In this document: piece after piece, positions 1-11,099 of the stretch
How positions within the stretch are numbered: position 1 is the stretch's first letter
Layout of the letters: each line of letters starts with the position of its first letter
Source of the DNA: Nemertoderma westbladi
Taxonomy: Eukaryota > Animalia > Xenacoelomorpha
Direction of reading: 5' to 3'
DNA: 42,757 bases
NCBI GenBank assembly: GCA_032718475.1
Contig: JAUCBJ010001615.1
Coordinates: 1-42,757, forward strand
Program-made: the position numbers and the translations under genes
Notes under the pieces: generated by a model
Database searches by the model: none
What the model saw: the letters and a program-made list of their open reading frames with translations, nothing else
What the model was told of the DNA's origin: nothing

Positions 1-99
1 CACTCAGTAGCGGGAATGATACAACATTACTAAGTGATTTAAGTCGGCCTACGGGAAGCAACTTGAAGTTGGTTTTTAATTGTACGAATTAGAAACTCG

Positions 100-390
100 C
101 CAACGATGCAGTATACACTAAATCACCAACGATGCAGTATACTAAATCACCAACGACGCAGTATACTAAATCACCAACGATGCAGTATACTAAATCACCA
201 ACGATGCAGTATACTAAATCACCAACGATGCAGAATACTAAATCACCAACGATGCAGTATACTAAATCACCAACGATGCAGTATACTAAGTCGACCAACG
301 ATGCAGTACACTAACTCGCCATCGGTGCAGTACACTAACTCGCCAACGATACAGTATACTAACTCGCCAGCGATGCAGCATCCTAACTCG
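100..390. repeat. 24-bp minisatellite (CCAACGATGCAGTATACTAAATCA), ~11-12 copies, decaying rightwards
   Basis: Tandem unit visible directly; it produces the 8-aa periodic ORFs 89-298, 106-429 and 132-314. Confidence 0.95.
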
Positions 391-1365
391 TTGCACTCAT
401 GTTGTAGTTTATGTGATTTGCGGTTCTGAATTGAAATTCGAGGTGAACTTAAAAATATGAATATAATTATTCATGACATCCACTAATGGTAGGCCTAACT
501 TACCTAAGGTTCACCTAATTATTTATTTAAGAAGCAAAAATTCTGCATAAAGTTCATATTAATGATACTGTATGATGAATCTCGTTCTGGTTGTGTAAGT
601 ATTGGCTACTTTTAGATTCCACATGTAAGATTCGAATAATGGGAACAGCGGGTGGCAGGAAAATGTAATAGCCTCATCTCGTGTTTCTTATTCTTGTGTT
701 CAGGGAAACCCTTGGATTGTGGTAAGGAATGTAAGTGAATATGCCAGGTTTGCAGATTAATTTTTACTGAAAACAAATAGGATTTTTTTCGCTGACTGGA
801 GAAGAACAATTTGTGAGATCGAGCATTATTAGCAAGCGATGTTAAGCATAATAAAATTCCCATGTCTCCTCTGTTTTGAATGCCGATGACTATGACAGAG
901 AAAGTGGAAGCGAAAATGATTTTCCCACGCCCGATGCCCTGGCGACAAGAAGAGCTTACAGGTACAGCAATTCATCGGTATGGTTACTTTCTACCACCGC
1001 ACCAGGTCATTCAACACGCGCCGCTAAGTTGATGTAACTGCTCTATTTTGCCCTCAATTCTGCAGCAAAATCACCCGGTTTGACTTGGATGTAGCTTATA
1101 TATAATAATGTGCCTTAACCTCCTCCACTCTCCTTGTGCACCCAAGGCCAATCCACACCGCTACCACCAGCCTCCCTATTGACGTCTCTGACAAGGAAGG
1201 CGGTGAATTCCTTGAGCAGTTCCTTGATGGACTCTGGTGGCCAGTTGCCTCCTTCTCTGTGAAATTTGGTAACCCGATACAGCGCCTTTGACCGATATGA
1301 CGATCTTCGACCGCCATATGAAAAGCGCCTGATTGTTCCCGATTTTCATGCAATTTGAAGGAGAA

Positions 1366-2081
1366 AATAATGTACGAATTATATTTATTTATTTATCAAG
1401 CACGTCACGTTAAGTGAAAAACCTTACCGGTAGGTGTGTTAGTACCAAAGTATGTAAAAAACTAAAAAGCAACAAGACCTACCTGACAGCAGCCAGCTGG
1501 TCGGTAGGTTTCCCCCGCAGGTGAAGGCATTCTCAGGAGGCCAAGCCAGGAAATGTAGAGATAAATGGTCGGCTGGATGGGAGGACGGGAGGATGGGAGC
1601 GAACAGGGTAAGACTGTGCACAACCACATCATTTGACGTACCGCCGCGAGCCCAATACACTTTGGCTGATTGACTGGCGTGAACTGTTTAAACATTTCAA
1701 AGTGATTGCTAGACACCCATTGCGGCCAGTCTTGCAAAAGATTGAAATGTATCACATTCAAACACGCAAGCCCGCTATCAACAAGCAGAAACGTGATTGG
1801 CGTAAGTTTGTGGTGCTGCTTCCCAGTGGTTATAGTTACCTACAGACCTCTCCCTTCGTTCTGTCCCCCTTTGGGAATCTCTTTCTACATTTCCTGGCTT
1901 GGCCTCCTGAGAATGCCTTCAGCTGCGGGGCGAAACCTACCGATCAGCTGGCTGCTGTCAGCTGATCACTGATTGCCTTGTTGCTTTTTAGTTTTTTACA
2001 TACTTTGGTACTAATACACCTACCGGTAGGGTTTTTTACTTAACGTGCTTGATAAATAAATATATATAATTCGTAATTATT
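1366..2081. mobile_element. Non-autonomous foldback/MITE-like element with ~200-bp imperfect terminal inverted repeats
   Basis: 1373-1560 (TACGAATT...TAGTACCAAAGTATGTAAAAAACTAAAAAGCAACAAG...GAAGGCATTCTCAGGAGGCCAAGCCAGGAAATGTAGA) is the reverse complement of ~1885-2075, with a ~320 bp spacer. No transposase ORF. Confidence 0.7.
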
Positions 2082-3599
2082 GGTTACTCAAGCTTCTACT
2101 TCAATCAGAAAATAATGTATTGCGACAATTTGACCTCCTTATATGTGTAGGTGAGTTATAATTTCATGTTCAGCCTTTTCTGAAAAGGTCTTTATATCTG
2201 TTCCAGTGTGACGTCACTAAAACAATGATGAAACACGAATGGCTATCGACACCCGTGGCGGTGGCGAGTAGCCGTTTTTCCATGCTATTTTCACAATTAT
2301 TCTGAAGAATTTCATATATAGGCCTTCTAATTGTACGGGTATATCTATAAACGGTTAATATTATTTGTATACGTTTAGGTTTTATGACGACATCTCTTGG
2401 TTGTGGTTATCCCAAGTAGGGAATGACAGAATGTCTAGCGATGAACTCGAATTTACGGAAATTGTAACAGAACTCGTACAAAATTGATACATATTGACAA
2501 TCAAAATAATCATACGGATGTTATCGCACACTAATTACGTGCAAATAGTTAGGCAAAGGAAATCAGTGGTATCCCTCAATAGTATTCCCTAAACTTGCTA
2601 AAAGGATAATATATGAATAGATATTTCATAATTTCATTACACATTTTATAGTAACAAAATTGATATTACTTTGTACTGTTAGTTTGAATAAATTAGTTAG
2701 TTACCTTAGTTTGTAGGTTGAATATGTTAGTTATCCACAAATTATTTTAATTCGTAATTAATATCGTAAGCACAATATTTATTTAATGTAGGCCAATGTA
2801 TTTATTTAATGTTATTGATGTTTACTTTTCCATATTTTATCATGATTAAGCACCATCTACAATTACCACATTTCTCAGCGCAGAAATGCTAGGGTTTCTA
2901 TTCTGTGACTACTCTGGGTGGAATTTTCACACATATTATTGAAACCATTTCCTACTTCAAAAGGAAAAAAACTGTACTTTTTTACTTAAAATTCCCGCAG
3001 TAATGAGGGATACTGAAACTTAAAATGGTACTTAAAAGGATTGAATTTTATTTTACATTTTGCTCACCGTTGAAGTAGGGCCTACAGTAGGTATATTGAG
3101 AATATGTAAATGTTGGCTGATTATTGCTTTGTAGTTGTTAGATCCGGTTTAGTTTTGAACTTGGGTGGTTCTCAAAATTATAAATTTTCCAACTTTTTAT
3201 TTTAAAATCATATATTTTCTCATGATATTTTAACGTTAATATCAGACATAGACGCTCCTGGTGTGGTTTGCAACTTTGACACCGGCTGTAGGCCTACTGT
3301 TCCCACACTACCATGGGGAATTGGGTAGCAATTTATTTCGTATTATCGATAATTATTCTTGGAAGTTTAGCTCAATGGGACACCAATGCTTACTGCAAGG
3401 GACGGAACTCGTAAGTAATTTATTAAAATATGAATTGGTCGCATACATATATTTAGTATGTCACCACACGATACTTTTTACAGTTTACCGGTGTCATACT
3501 ACTAGCGAATTTCATGAGTTATTTATAATCATATTAATAATTCAATTAGTCGTTATGATAAATTAGTAAATTTAATTTAGTTTAATTTAATTGTGAGAA

Positions 3600-3835
3600 A
3601 CAAGAAATACCGGAGGCAAACCGAAAGCGCAACTCTCCTTACTGTAAGGCATGGAGTGCGCCACATTAACTTCCAAGGTTAAACACTCTGCAATTACCCA
3701 AACCTTTTCTTTATTCTTGCACCAGATTCCAGGCACCATAGCGCTGGGTAGGGGCACCATTTACGAAGTTCCAATGGGATCGATTCCGAGGCTTCCCAGC
3801 TAGAGGCGAAGGTGAAGACTTCAACTAGCTAGTCG
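3600..3835 (-). mobile_element. Possible decayed tRNA-derived SINE
   Basis: GC-richer block within AT-rich DNA. Minus strand has a degenerate B-box-like GGAATCGATCCC (~3776-3787) and leads toward a simple AT-rich (TAAAT-like) tract at ~3560-3590. Confidence 0.3.
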
Positions 3836-4124
3836 GTGAAAATACATTGATAAAGTCCATTTAATCAAATAAGAGCGAAATATTAAAATATATCAATTTA
3901 ATTTCTTGCAAAAACAAAAAGTCAGGCAGAACTAAAACAATATAATCAATCAAATATTAATAATTACAAATTAATTATTCAATTGTTTTATGCTCAATTC
4001 CTCGTGGTTTATTCTACATTTATCTAGGGGCCTACAGTTCTACCGTCTCTTTCTCTATGCCTCAAGTTCTAAACATACAGTATTTCCAGTAGGTAAGTCA
4101 TACTTTATGTCCCTACATTTATAG

Positions 4125-4345
4125 GGAGGGCGAAATTATTGACATTTGTTGCCGAGGATACAACAGGACCACGGAGAGCGGGAGGGCGCGGTGTGTTCCG
4201 ATCTGCGACCCGCAGTGTCAGAGGGGCCGATGCGTGGCACCCAATGACTGCCAGTGTAGTCTGGGATGGGACGGACTACAATGCGATCGTTTAAATAGGA
4301 CAATCATTGAGAACGAGAGACAAACCGCCAGTATACTGCATTCCG
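4125..4345 (+). CDS. Internal exon of an extracellular EGF-like protein with CCxGY motif + NIM-type EGF repeat (Nimrod/Draper/MEGF10-like module)
   Basis: tttatag|G acceptor and G|gtgagt donor. Translation EGEIIDICCRGYNRTTESGRARCVPICDPQCQRGRCVAPNDCQCSLGWDGLQCDRLNRTIIENERQTASILHS matches CCxGY...CxPxCxxxCxxGxCxAPxxCxCxxGWxGxxC. Confidence 0.8.
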
Positions 4346-4670
4346 GTGAGTTACCTATATACAGTATCCCTATATCCCAGCTGGCACCCGGTGAATATTT
4401 AAATTATTATTATCAGGGAAGACATTGAGAAAATAAAATTGCGCGATGACCCAAGTTCACGGTCCTCCCTTGAGGTCTATTGAGCGTCTACTGGAGTAAT
4501 ATTACTGTACGTATGTATCTCCAGTATACTGCTCTCCGGTGAGATACCTACAGTACTGTACATATCTCCAATATACGGCATTCGGGTGAAGTACCTACAC
4601 TCCGGTATATAAATTTACCACTCGAACCCAAAATAATAAATTTCTATGAGTTACGGTACATAATGTGCAG

Positions 4671-4705
4671 ATTACCAGTTAAATAAATCGCGTTTAGAAT
4701 TATAA
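4671..4705 (+). CDS. Candidate terminal coding exon of the NIM/EGF gene ((D)YQLNKSRLEL*)
   Basis: tgcag acceptor at 4669-4670 is phase-compatible with the phase-1 donor at 4346; TAA at 4703-4705; AATAAA at ~4805. Short, so could be chance. Confidence 0.3.
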
Positions 4706-4974
4706 TTATTATTATTTTGAAGCAGTCCATTTCGTTCGTAAAAAAACTGTATGAAAACAAGGGTTGATTTTAGCAAATAGTATTCAATTTATATTTCAAT
4801 TAGAAATAAAAACTTACAACTAAACACGTGGAGCGTCAAATATTTTATATTATTTTTAAAAAGTCATGGCGCCAAGCAACAACCTCAGTTCAGTGTGTAG
4901 GCATATCTGGGTAATGGCAACTGTAGGAGACCTAGGGCCAAGTTCTGTGAGATACTGTAGTTTGTGGTATTTAG

Positions 4975-5100
4975 CTAAAGTCCTCCACCGATATCCAATG
5001 ATTCCAGTTCATCAACAAGAAAATCAACTAGATTATCGATCTCAATAACTCGGTCTCTGTTACGTTTCACCTCTTCGTCGTAATGTATTTTATCCAATAA
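4975..5100 (-). CDS. DRC3: DRC3/LRRC48 last coding exon (LLDKIHYDEEVKRNRDRVIEIDNLVDFLVDELESLDIGGGL*)
   Basis: tttcag acceptor at 5101-5102, phase 0, TAG stop; resembles the DRC3 C-terminus (IHxDExxRNRxRVxEI). Confidence 0.9.
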   Translation of the reverse strand, partial: LLDKIHYDEEVKRNRDRVIEIDNLVDFLVDELESLDIGGGL

Positions 5101-5256
5101 CTGAAAACATATTAAAAAGTAAAGTTCAATAGATTTTTGACGTGTATAAGAAATTAGCATAATTTTTTGGCCTGCTATACACATTATTATACAGTTAGTA
5201 AGTCGTGTCCGTTTCTTTCCTATTCACTAGTTGCTAACCGTAAATATCGGACGAAC

Positions 5257-5409
5257 CTTAGTCATCCACGAGTTGATTCTTTGTACAATAGAATCCTCTC
5301 GGTTGTCGATCTTTAGTAAGTGTATATCATGGGAAGCACTGAGGGCATTCTGTACAGTATCCTTGTCAACAAAGAGTTCGCGAACCTCATCAGCAACCTC
5401 CTCCTCCAC
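5257..5409 (-). CDS. DRC3: DRC3/LRRC48 exon (VEEEVADEVRELFVDKDTVQNALSASHDIHLLKIDNREDSIVQRINSWMTK)
   Basis: AG/GT boundaries, 153 nt, phase 0-0; contains the conserved DRC3 segment LFVDKDT..NA..ASHDIHLLKIDNRED...RINSW. Confidence 0.95.
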
Positions 5410-5693
5410 CTAAAGTATTCGAAAACCTTAGTAAATATACACAAATTGTATTACCGTTGATATTACGGTTGTTATAATAATGCTGCATTGTTCCTCCATA
5501 GGAATAACATATATAGGAATTCGCATATAATTTACCGGCGCCTTCACAGGATAATTTTGCCATTATTATGATTATATATATTATATATTCCATGACCCGT
5601 AATATAGTGTCATTTTCTGATAAAACACTTCTATAAAACACTTAAACGAAATACCAAGAAGAATAAAAAATACAAATACAAATCGTCATAAAT

Positions 5694-5968
5694 GAATGGG
5701 AGAATCTTTTAGGCTCGTTAAGCCAAGGAATACCTGTTCACCACCATGGGTGATCTTCTACAGGAAACCCTTCCACTCTGTTTCCCAAGTTGCCTTGGTT
5801 CCCATTTATCGACCACTGAAGGATGAAAGCCGGGGTTGGGCTAGGCTGCAGCATTTAAAGCACTGTGCCCAAACAGTGCTGCCCCATCTAGGGATCGAAC
5901 CCGGGCTCCCTAATCGGAAGCACAGTAATGTCACCACTAGACCAAGCTGCTGCTTGGTCTAGTGATAT
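5694..5968 (-). mobile_element. tRNA-derived SINE with 14-bp target-site duplication
   Basis: Minus strand shows A-box-like TGGTCTAGTGG, B-box GGTTCGATCCC and a central TTTCATCCTTCAGTGGTCGATAAATG motif similar to conserved metazoan SINE bodies. Direct repeat AAATCGTCATAAAT at 5680-5693 and 5969-5982. Confidence 0.8.
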
Positions 5969-7072
5969 AAATCGTCATAAATAAAAATGCAATAAAATTT
6001 CGACCGAAAGGTAAAAACCTGGTTTCTTCACATGGCGTGCGATTTATATAATAAATACACAACATTCTATAACGCGATGTTATTCTCATGAGTAGCTGGT
6101 AGGTATGCCTTTATAATGTAGCAATTGCGTACCCTAATCCAGGGAACGATAATTCTTCCAATCTTTGAAAGCAATTATATCAGCTGTTTCTCAACGAAAT
6201 TAAGACATTATTACATATTTAAAATCCTTGCAACGCAATTTTCTAATGGTATAAGTTTATATTGAGGTTTAATATTACGGCTAATACTACTTTCGTTCGA
6301 TACGAAGTGTGCGATTTCAATTTCTCGAAAGACAAGTGTCGTGCAAGAACGCGGGATGTAAATCTTCTAAAGATATAATATTGAGGTAATGTGGAGAATG
6401 GCACTGTCGATACGAAGTGTGGGATTTCACGACAGATAATTTAAAATAATTGCTTATAACGAAATTTAAAGGCTAACTCTAAAATTATCGCTCTGTATGG
6501 TAATCGACGGTGTGTATAAATAATAGTGTTGGTCCGTGTCATCAGAAAATGGCACTAAATTCCAGGTCAAGGATTTTTGTGTTTTCAAAACACATTTCCA
6601 GATTAATTGTCATACATTACTGAGTCTGGGGATTCTGAGTCATTGCGTGTTACATATTCATTCCAACATAAAGTCTAAAAAAGTGAAGCTTTACAGTCCA
6701 TTTAAAAGTCTAACACTGACTTTCACTGTCCAAAATTTGAAAAGATGCCTAGTATACTTCAGGATGAAATTCTATGTTTGAGTGCGATTTGTAGAGAAAG
6801 GATCGGGATTATGTGGGAATTTCAAGTTAGGTTCGGTTTTTTATTCAGACGTATGCTGAAGCACGGTTAAAGCGAGAGACTTTCACAGAGTGTAAGGCTT
6901 GCAATCACTGTTGCCTAACCTATTACCTATTATATCATCACAATCACTACAGTATGTAAATGTACTGTGTAGAGTAAGTCACTAGTCACAGATATAAATT
7001 ATAAAACCGTTACATAAAAATGTATATTTATAAGTTATATAGGTTAGCATGTTGATTATTATTGAAACTGAC

Positions 7073-7222
7073 CTCGTTCTTTACAAACTTCTCCAACATG
7101 TTAGTGGAAAGCTCCATAAGGAACTCGTTGTGATTATTCTGAAGGTCACGCAGTTGAGACATATAGCCCTGACAATTCTCAACGAATGTTGAAACCAAGT
7201 CCGCCAAGTTGCGTTCAAATTC
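7073..7222 (-). CDS. DRC3: DRC3/LRRC48 exon (EFERNLADLVSTFVENCQGYMSQLRDLQNNHNEFLMELSTNMLEKFVKNE)
   Basis: ttgttag| acceptor, |gtcagt donor, 150 nt, phase 0-0; matches DRC3 FERN..D.V..F.EN.Q..M.Q.RDL.N.H.E. Confidence 0.92.
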
Positions 7223-7247
7223 CTAACAATAAGATAGATATCACATA

Positions 7248-9890
7248 TTATTGTGTCCTAACGAATAATGAAGGTTAACTAACTTTTATTGTGTCCTAAC
7301 GAATAAAGAAGGTTAACTAACTTTTATTGTGTCCTAACGAATAAAGAAGGTTAACTAACTTTTATTGTGTCCTAACGAATGAAGTAGGTTATCTAACTTT
7401 TATTGTGTCCTACCAAATAAAGAAGGTTAACTAACTTTTATTGTGTCCTAACGAATAAAGAAGGTTAACTAACTTTTATTGTGTCCTAACGAATGAAGTA
7501 GGTTATCTAACTTTTATTGTGTCCTACCAAATAAAGAAGGTTAACTAACTTTTATTGTGTCCTAACGAATGAAGTAGGTTATCTAACTTTTATTGTGTCC
7601 TACCAAATAAAGAAGGTTAACTAACTTTTATTGTGTCCTAACGAATAAAGAAAGTTAACTAACTTTTATTGTGTCCTAACGAATAAATAGTGTATATTAA
7701 CTGATTAAGTGTTATTGTGTTATCTAACTTTTATTGTGTCCTACCAAATAAAGAAGGTTTAAACTAACATTTATTGTGTCCTAACGAATAAAGAAAGTTA
7801 ACTAATTTTTATTGTGTCCTAACGAATAAAGAAGGTTAACTAACTTTTATTGTGTCCTAACGAATAAAGAGGGTGAATTAACTGACTAAGTGTTATTGTG
7901 TTAACTAACTTGTATTGTGTCCTAACGAATAAAGAAGGTTAACTAACTTTTATTGTGTCCTAACGAATAAAGAGGGTGAATTAACTGACTAAGTGTTATT
8001 GTGTTAACTAACTTGTATTGTGTCCTAACGAATAAAGAAGGATAACTAACTTTTATTGTGTCCTAACGAATAAAGAGGGTGAATTAACTGACTAAGTGTT
8101 ATTGTGTTAACTAACTTTTATTGTGTCCTAACGAATAAAGAAGGTTAACTAACTTTTATTGTGTCCTAACGAATGAAGTAGGTTATCTAACTTTTATTGT
8201 GTCCTACCAAATAAAGAAGGTTAACTAACTTTTATTGTGTCCTAACGAATAAAGAAAGTTAACTAACTTTTATTGTGTCCTAACGAATAAATAGTGTATA
8301 TTAACTGATTAAGTGTTATTGTGTTATCTAACTTTTATTGTGTCCTACCAAATAAAGAAGGTTAACTAACATTTATTGTGTCCTAACGAATAAAGAAAGT
8401 TAACTAATTTTTATTGTGTCCTAACGAATAAAGAAGGTTAACTAACTTTTATTGTGTCCTAACGAATAAAGAGGGTGAATTAACTGACTAAGTGTTATTG
8501 TGTTAACTAACTTGCATTGTGTCCTAACGAATAAAGAAGGTTAACTAACTTTTATTGTGTCCTAACGAATAAAGAGGGTGAATTAACTGACTAAGTGTTA
8601 TTGTGTTAACTAACTTGTATTGTGTCCTAACGAATAAAGAAGGATAACTAACTTTTATTGTGTCCTAACGAATAAAGAGGGTGAATTAACTGACTAAGTG
8701 TTATTGTGTTAACTAACTTGTATTGTGTCCTAACGAATAAAGAAGGTTAACTAACTCTTATTGTGTCCTAACGAAAAAAGGGGGAATATTAACTGATTAA
8801 GTGTTATTGTGTTAACTAACTTTTATTGTGTCGTACCAATTAAAGAAGGTTAACTAACTTTTATTGTGTCCTAACGAATAAAGAGGGTGAATCAACTGAC
8901 TAAGTGTTATTGTGTTAACTAGCGTTTATTCTGTCGTAACGAATAAAGAAAGTTAACTAACTTTTATTCTGACCTAACAAATAAAGATGGTTAACTAAAT
9001 TTATTGTGTTCTAACGAATAAAGAGGGTAAATAAACTGACTAAGTGTTATTGTGTTAACTAACCTTTATTCTGTTGTAACGAATAAAGAAAGTTAACTAA
9101 CTTTTATTCTGACCTAACAAATAAAGATGGTTAACTAAATTTATTGTGTCCTAACGAATAAAGTGGGTATATTAACTGATTAAGTGTTATTGTGTTAACT
9201 AACTTTTATTGTGTCGTACCAATTAAAGAAGGTTAACTAACTTTTATTGTGTCCTAACGTATAATGAAGGTTAACTAACGTTTATTCTGTCGTAACGAAT
9301 AAAGAAAGTTAACTAACTTTTATTCTGACCTAACAAATAAAGAGGGTTAACTAACTTTATTGTGTCCTAACGAATAAAGAGGGTATATTAACTGATTAAG
9401 TGTTATTGTGTTAACTAACTTTTATTGTGTCGTAACAAATAAAGAAGGTTAACTAACTTTTATTGTGTCGTAACGAATAAAGAGGGTGAATTAACTGACT
9501 AAGTGTTATTGTGTTAACTACCTTTTATTGTGTCCTAACGAATAAAGAAGGTTAACTAACTTTTATTGTGTCCTAACGAAAAAAGAGGGTATATTAACTG
9601 ATTAAGTGTTATTGTGTTAACTAACTTTTATTGTGTCGTACCAATTAAAGAAGGTTAACTAACTTTTATTGTGTCCTAACGAATAATGAGGGTAAATCAA
9701 CTGACTAAGTGTTATTGTGTTAACTAACGTTTATTCTGTCGTAACGAATAAAGAAAGTTAACTAACTTTATTCTGACCTAACAAATAAAGAGGGTTAACT
9801 AACTTTATTGTGACCTAACAAATAAAGAGGGTTAACTAACTTTATTGTGACCTAACAAATAAAGAAGGTTAACTAACTTTTATTGTGTCC
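7248..9890 (-). repeat. 38-bp (plus ~65-bp variant) intronic satellite; minus-strand unit GACACAATAAAA GTTAGTTAACCTTCTTTATTCGTTAG
   Basis: Period 38 (TCCTAACG at 7256 and 7294); 65-bp variants carry a TAAGTGTTATTGTG insert. Fills nearly all of DRC3 intron 7223-9877 and overlaps the exon end 9878-9889. Confidence 0.97.
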
Positions 9891-10000
9891 TCCAATTGAT
9901 CAACAAGTTCCAATTCGCAACCCATCATCTGCAGGTTCATAGTCCGAACCGCATCTTTGTAATTCTTGCATATTTTATCGATTTCCTTTTGATCAGATGT
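9878..10000 (-). CDS. DRC3: DRC3/LRRC48 exon (TSDQKEIDKICKNYKDAVRTMNLQMMGCELELVDQLEDTIK)
   Basis: ttacag| acceptor, |gttagt donor, 123 nt, phase 0-0; M..E..LV.QLE.TI motif joins in frame to EFERN. Confidence 0.9.
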
Positions 10001-10591
10001 CTGTAATTAGATAATTTCCCATTATTGTACTTCATGTTAGTGAGTATTTTTTAATAACTGCACAACAATAATGATTTCTAATTTAGTTTCATGAGAAATG
10101 CTTAAAAATAATGGGATGTTTGAACAGATAAGAAAACACAGTTTAGAAAAGATTAGGATAGCTAAACCACAAAAATATGACCTGCAGCGGTGTAAAAAAA
10201 ATATATAGAATTGAGGAAAACGTTTGGACAATTGTAGAACCACCCTAGCGGCGACTACCGTAATTGAACATATAAGCACATAGCGTGGGACAACTTAGGC
10301 TTGTATATATTTTTATTTTTTTAACCTTGTTAATTATTTATAAATAGACGTTTCAAGAATGAACATTGTGAGTTTCTTACAAATTCATGAATTTATAATA
10401 TTTTTTCTCGGAAAATTCACAATGTCAATCACAAATTAAAGGAAAGCAGCAGGTAACAGTGGCACGTTATTCCAATCAAAACAATAAATAAATTGAACAG
10501 GTTTGTTTAATTTTGGGAGTAATCAGCTGTTATTGGTCAGGATTCTCCCCTATGGAGGGGGATGCACTTTGATTGCGTCGAAAGTCCAACA

Positions 10592-10617
10592 CCCCCCCCC
10601 CCCCCCCCCCCCCCCCC
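10592..10617. repeat. Poly-C homopolymer (~26 nt)
   Basis: Direct reading. Confidence 0.9.
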
Positions 10618-11099
10618 ATTACACTAACTGACTGAATACAGATAGAAATATAATTAACGATATAATTAATGTACATAACTCTAATTGACAAATAGTGAAA
10701 ATGTTGTTCAGCTGTTGTGATTCTAGTTTACTGGTTTTACATTGCCTCTATGCTAGGGAAAAAGGATATCAAAGTGTAGTTGTGGATATTTAATTTCGCG
10801 TTCCATAATGTTGATGAAATGCACATATTTCGCACATCGAATCGTTCCCAAAGTTTTTATTGAACAACTTGATAACAATTATTCATAAGTACAGTAGTTG
10901 CGTTACAATTTTCCAAGCCATTTGGTGGTTATACATACATACATAATATACACCCACATAATAAGTATGTATGTAGGCCTAACCGGCAAAAACACGATGG
11001 ATATATTAATATGTCCACCGTGTTTTTGCCTGCCTCAACTTTAGACAAAAACCACCAGTCTAAAGACAGGTTTGTTATAATTATGCAGAAATCGCAATG

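Noticed and set aside
89-429. MQYTKSPT / CIVGDLVY repeat proteins
   Set aside because: Open in several frames only because of a stop-free 24-bp unit.
4028-4092. Exon upstream of the NIM/EGF exon (AG|gtaagt at 4093, 32-nt intron)
   Set aside because: The frame required to join the EGF exon contains TAA at 4070-4072; unsupported without transcripts.
6298-6430. 22-bp direct repeat CGATACGAAGTGTG(C/G)GATTTCA
   Set aside because: Two copies only, with no associated element boundaries; probably an old repeat remnant.
10985-11030. AT-centred hairpin as terminator or ncRNA
   Set aside because: Eukaryotic intronic context; more likely a small palindromic TE remnant.
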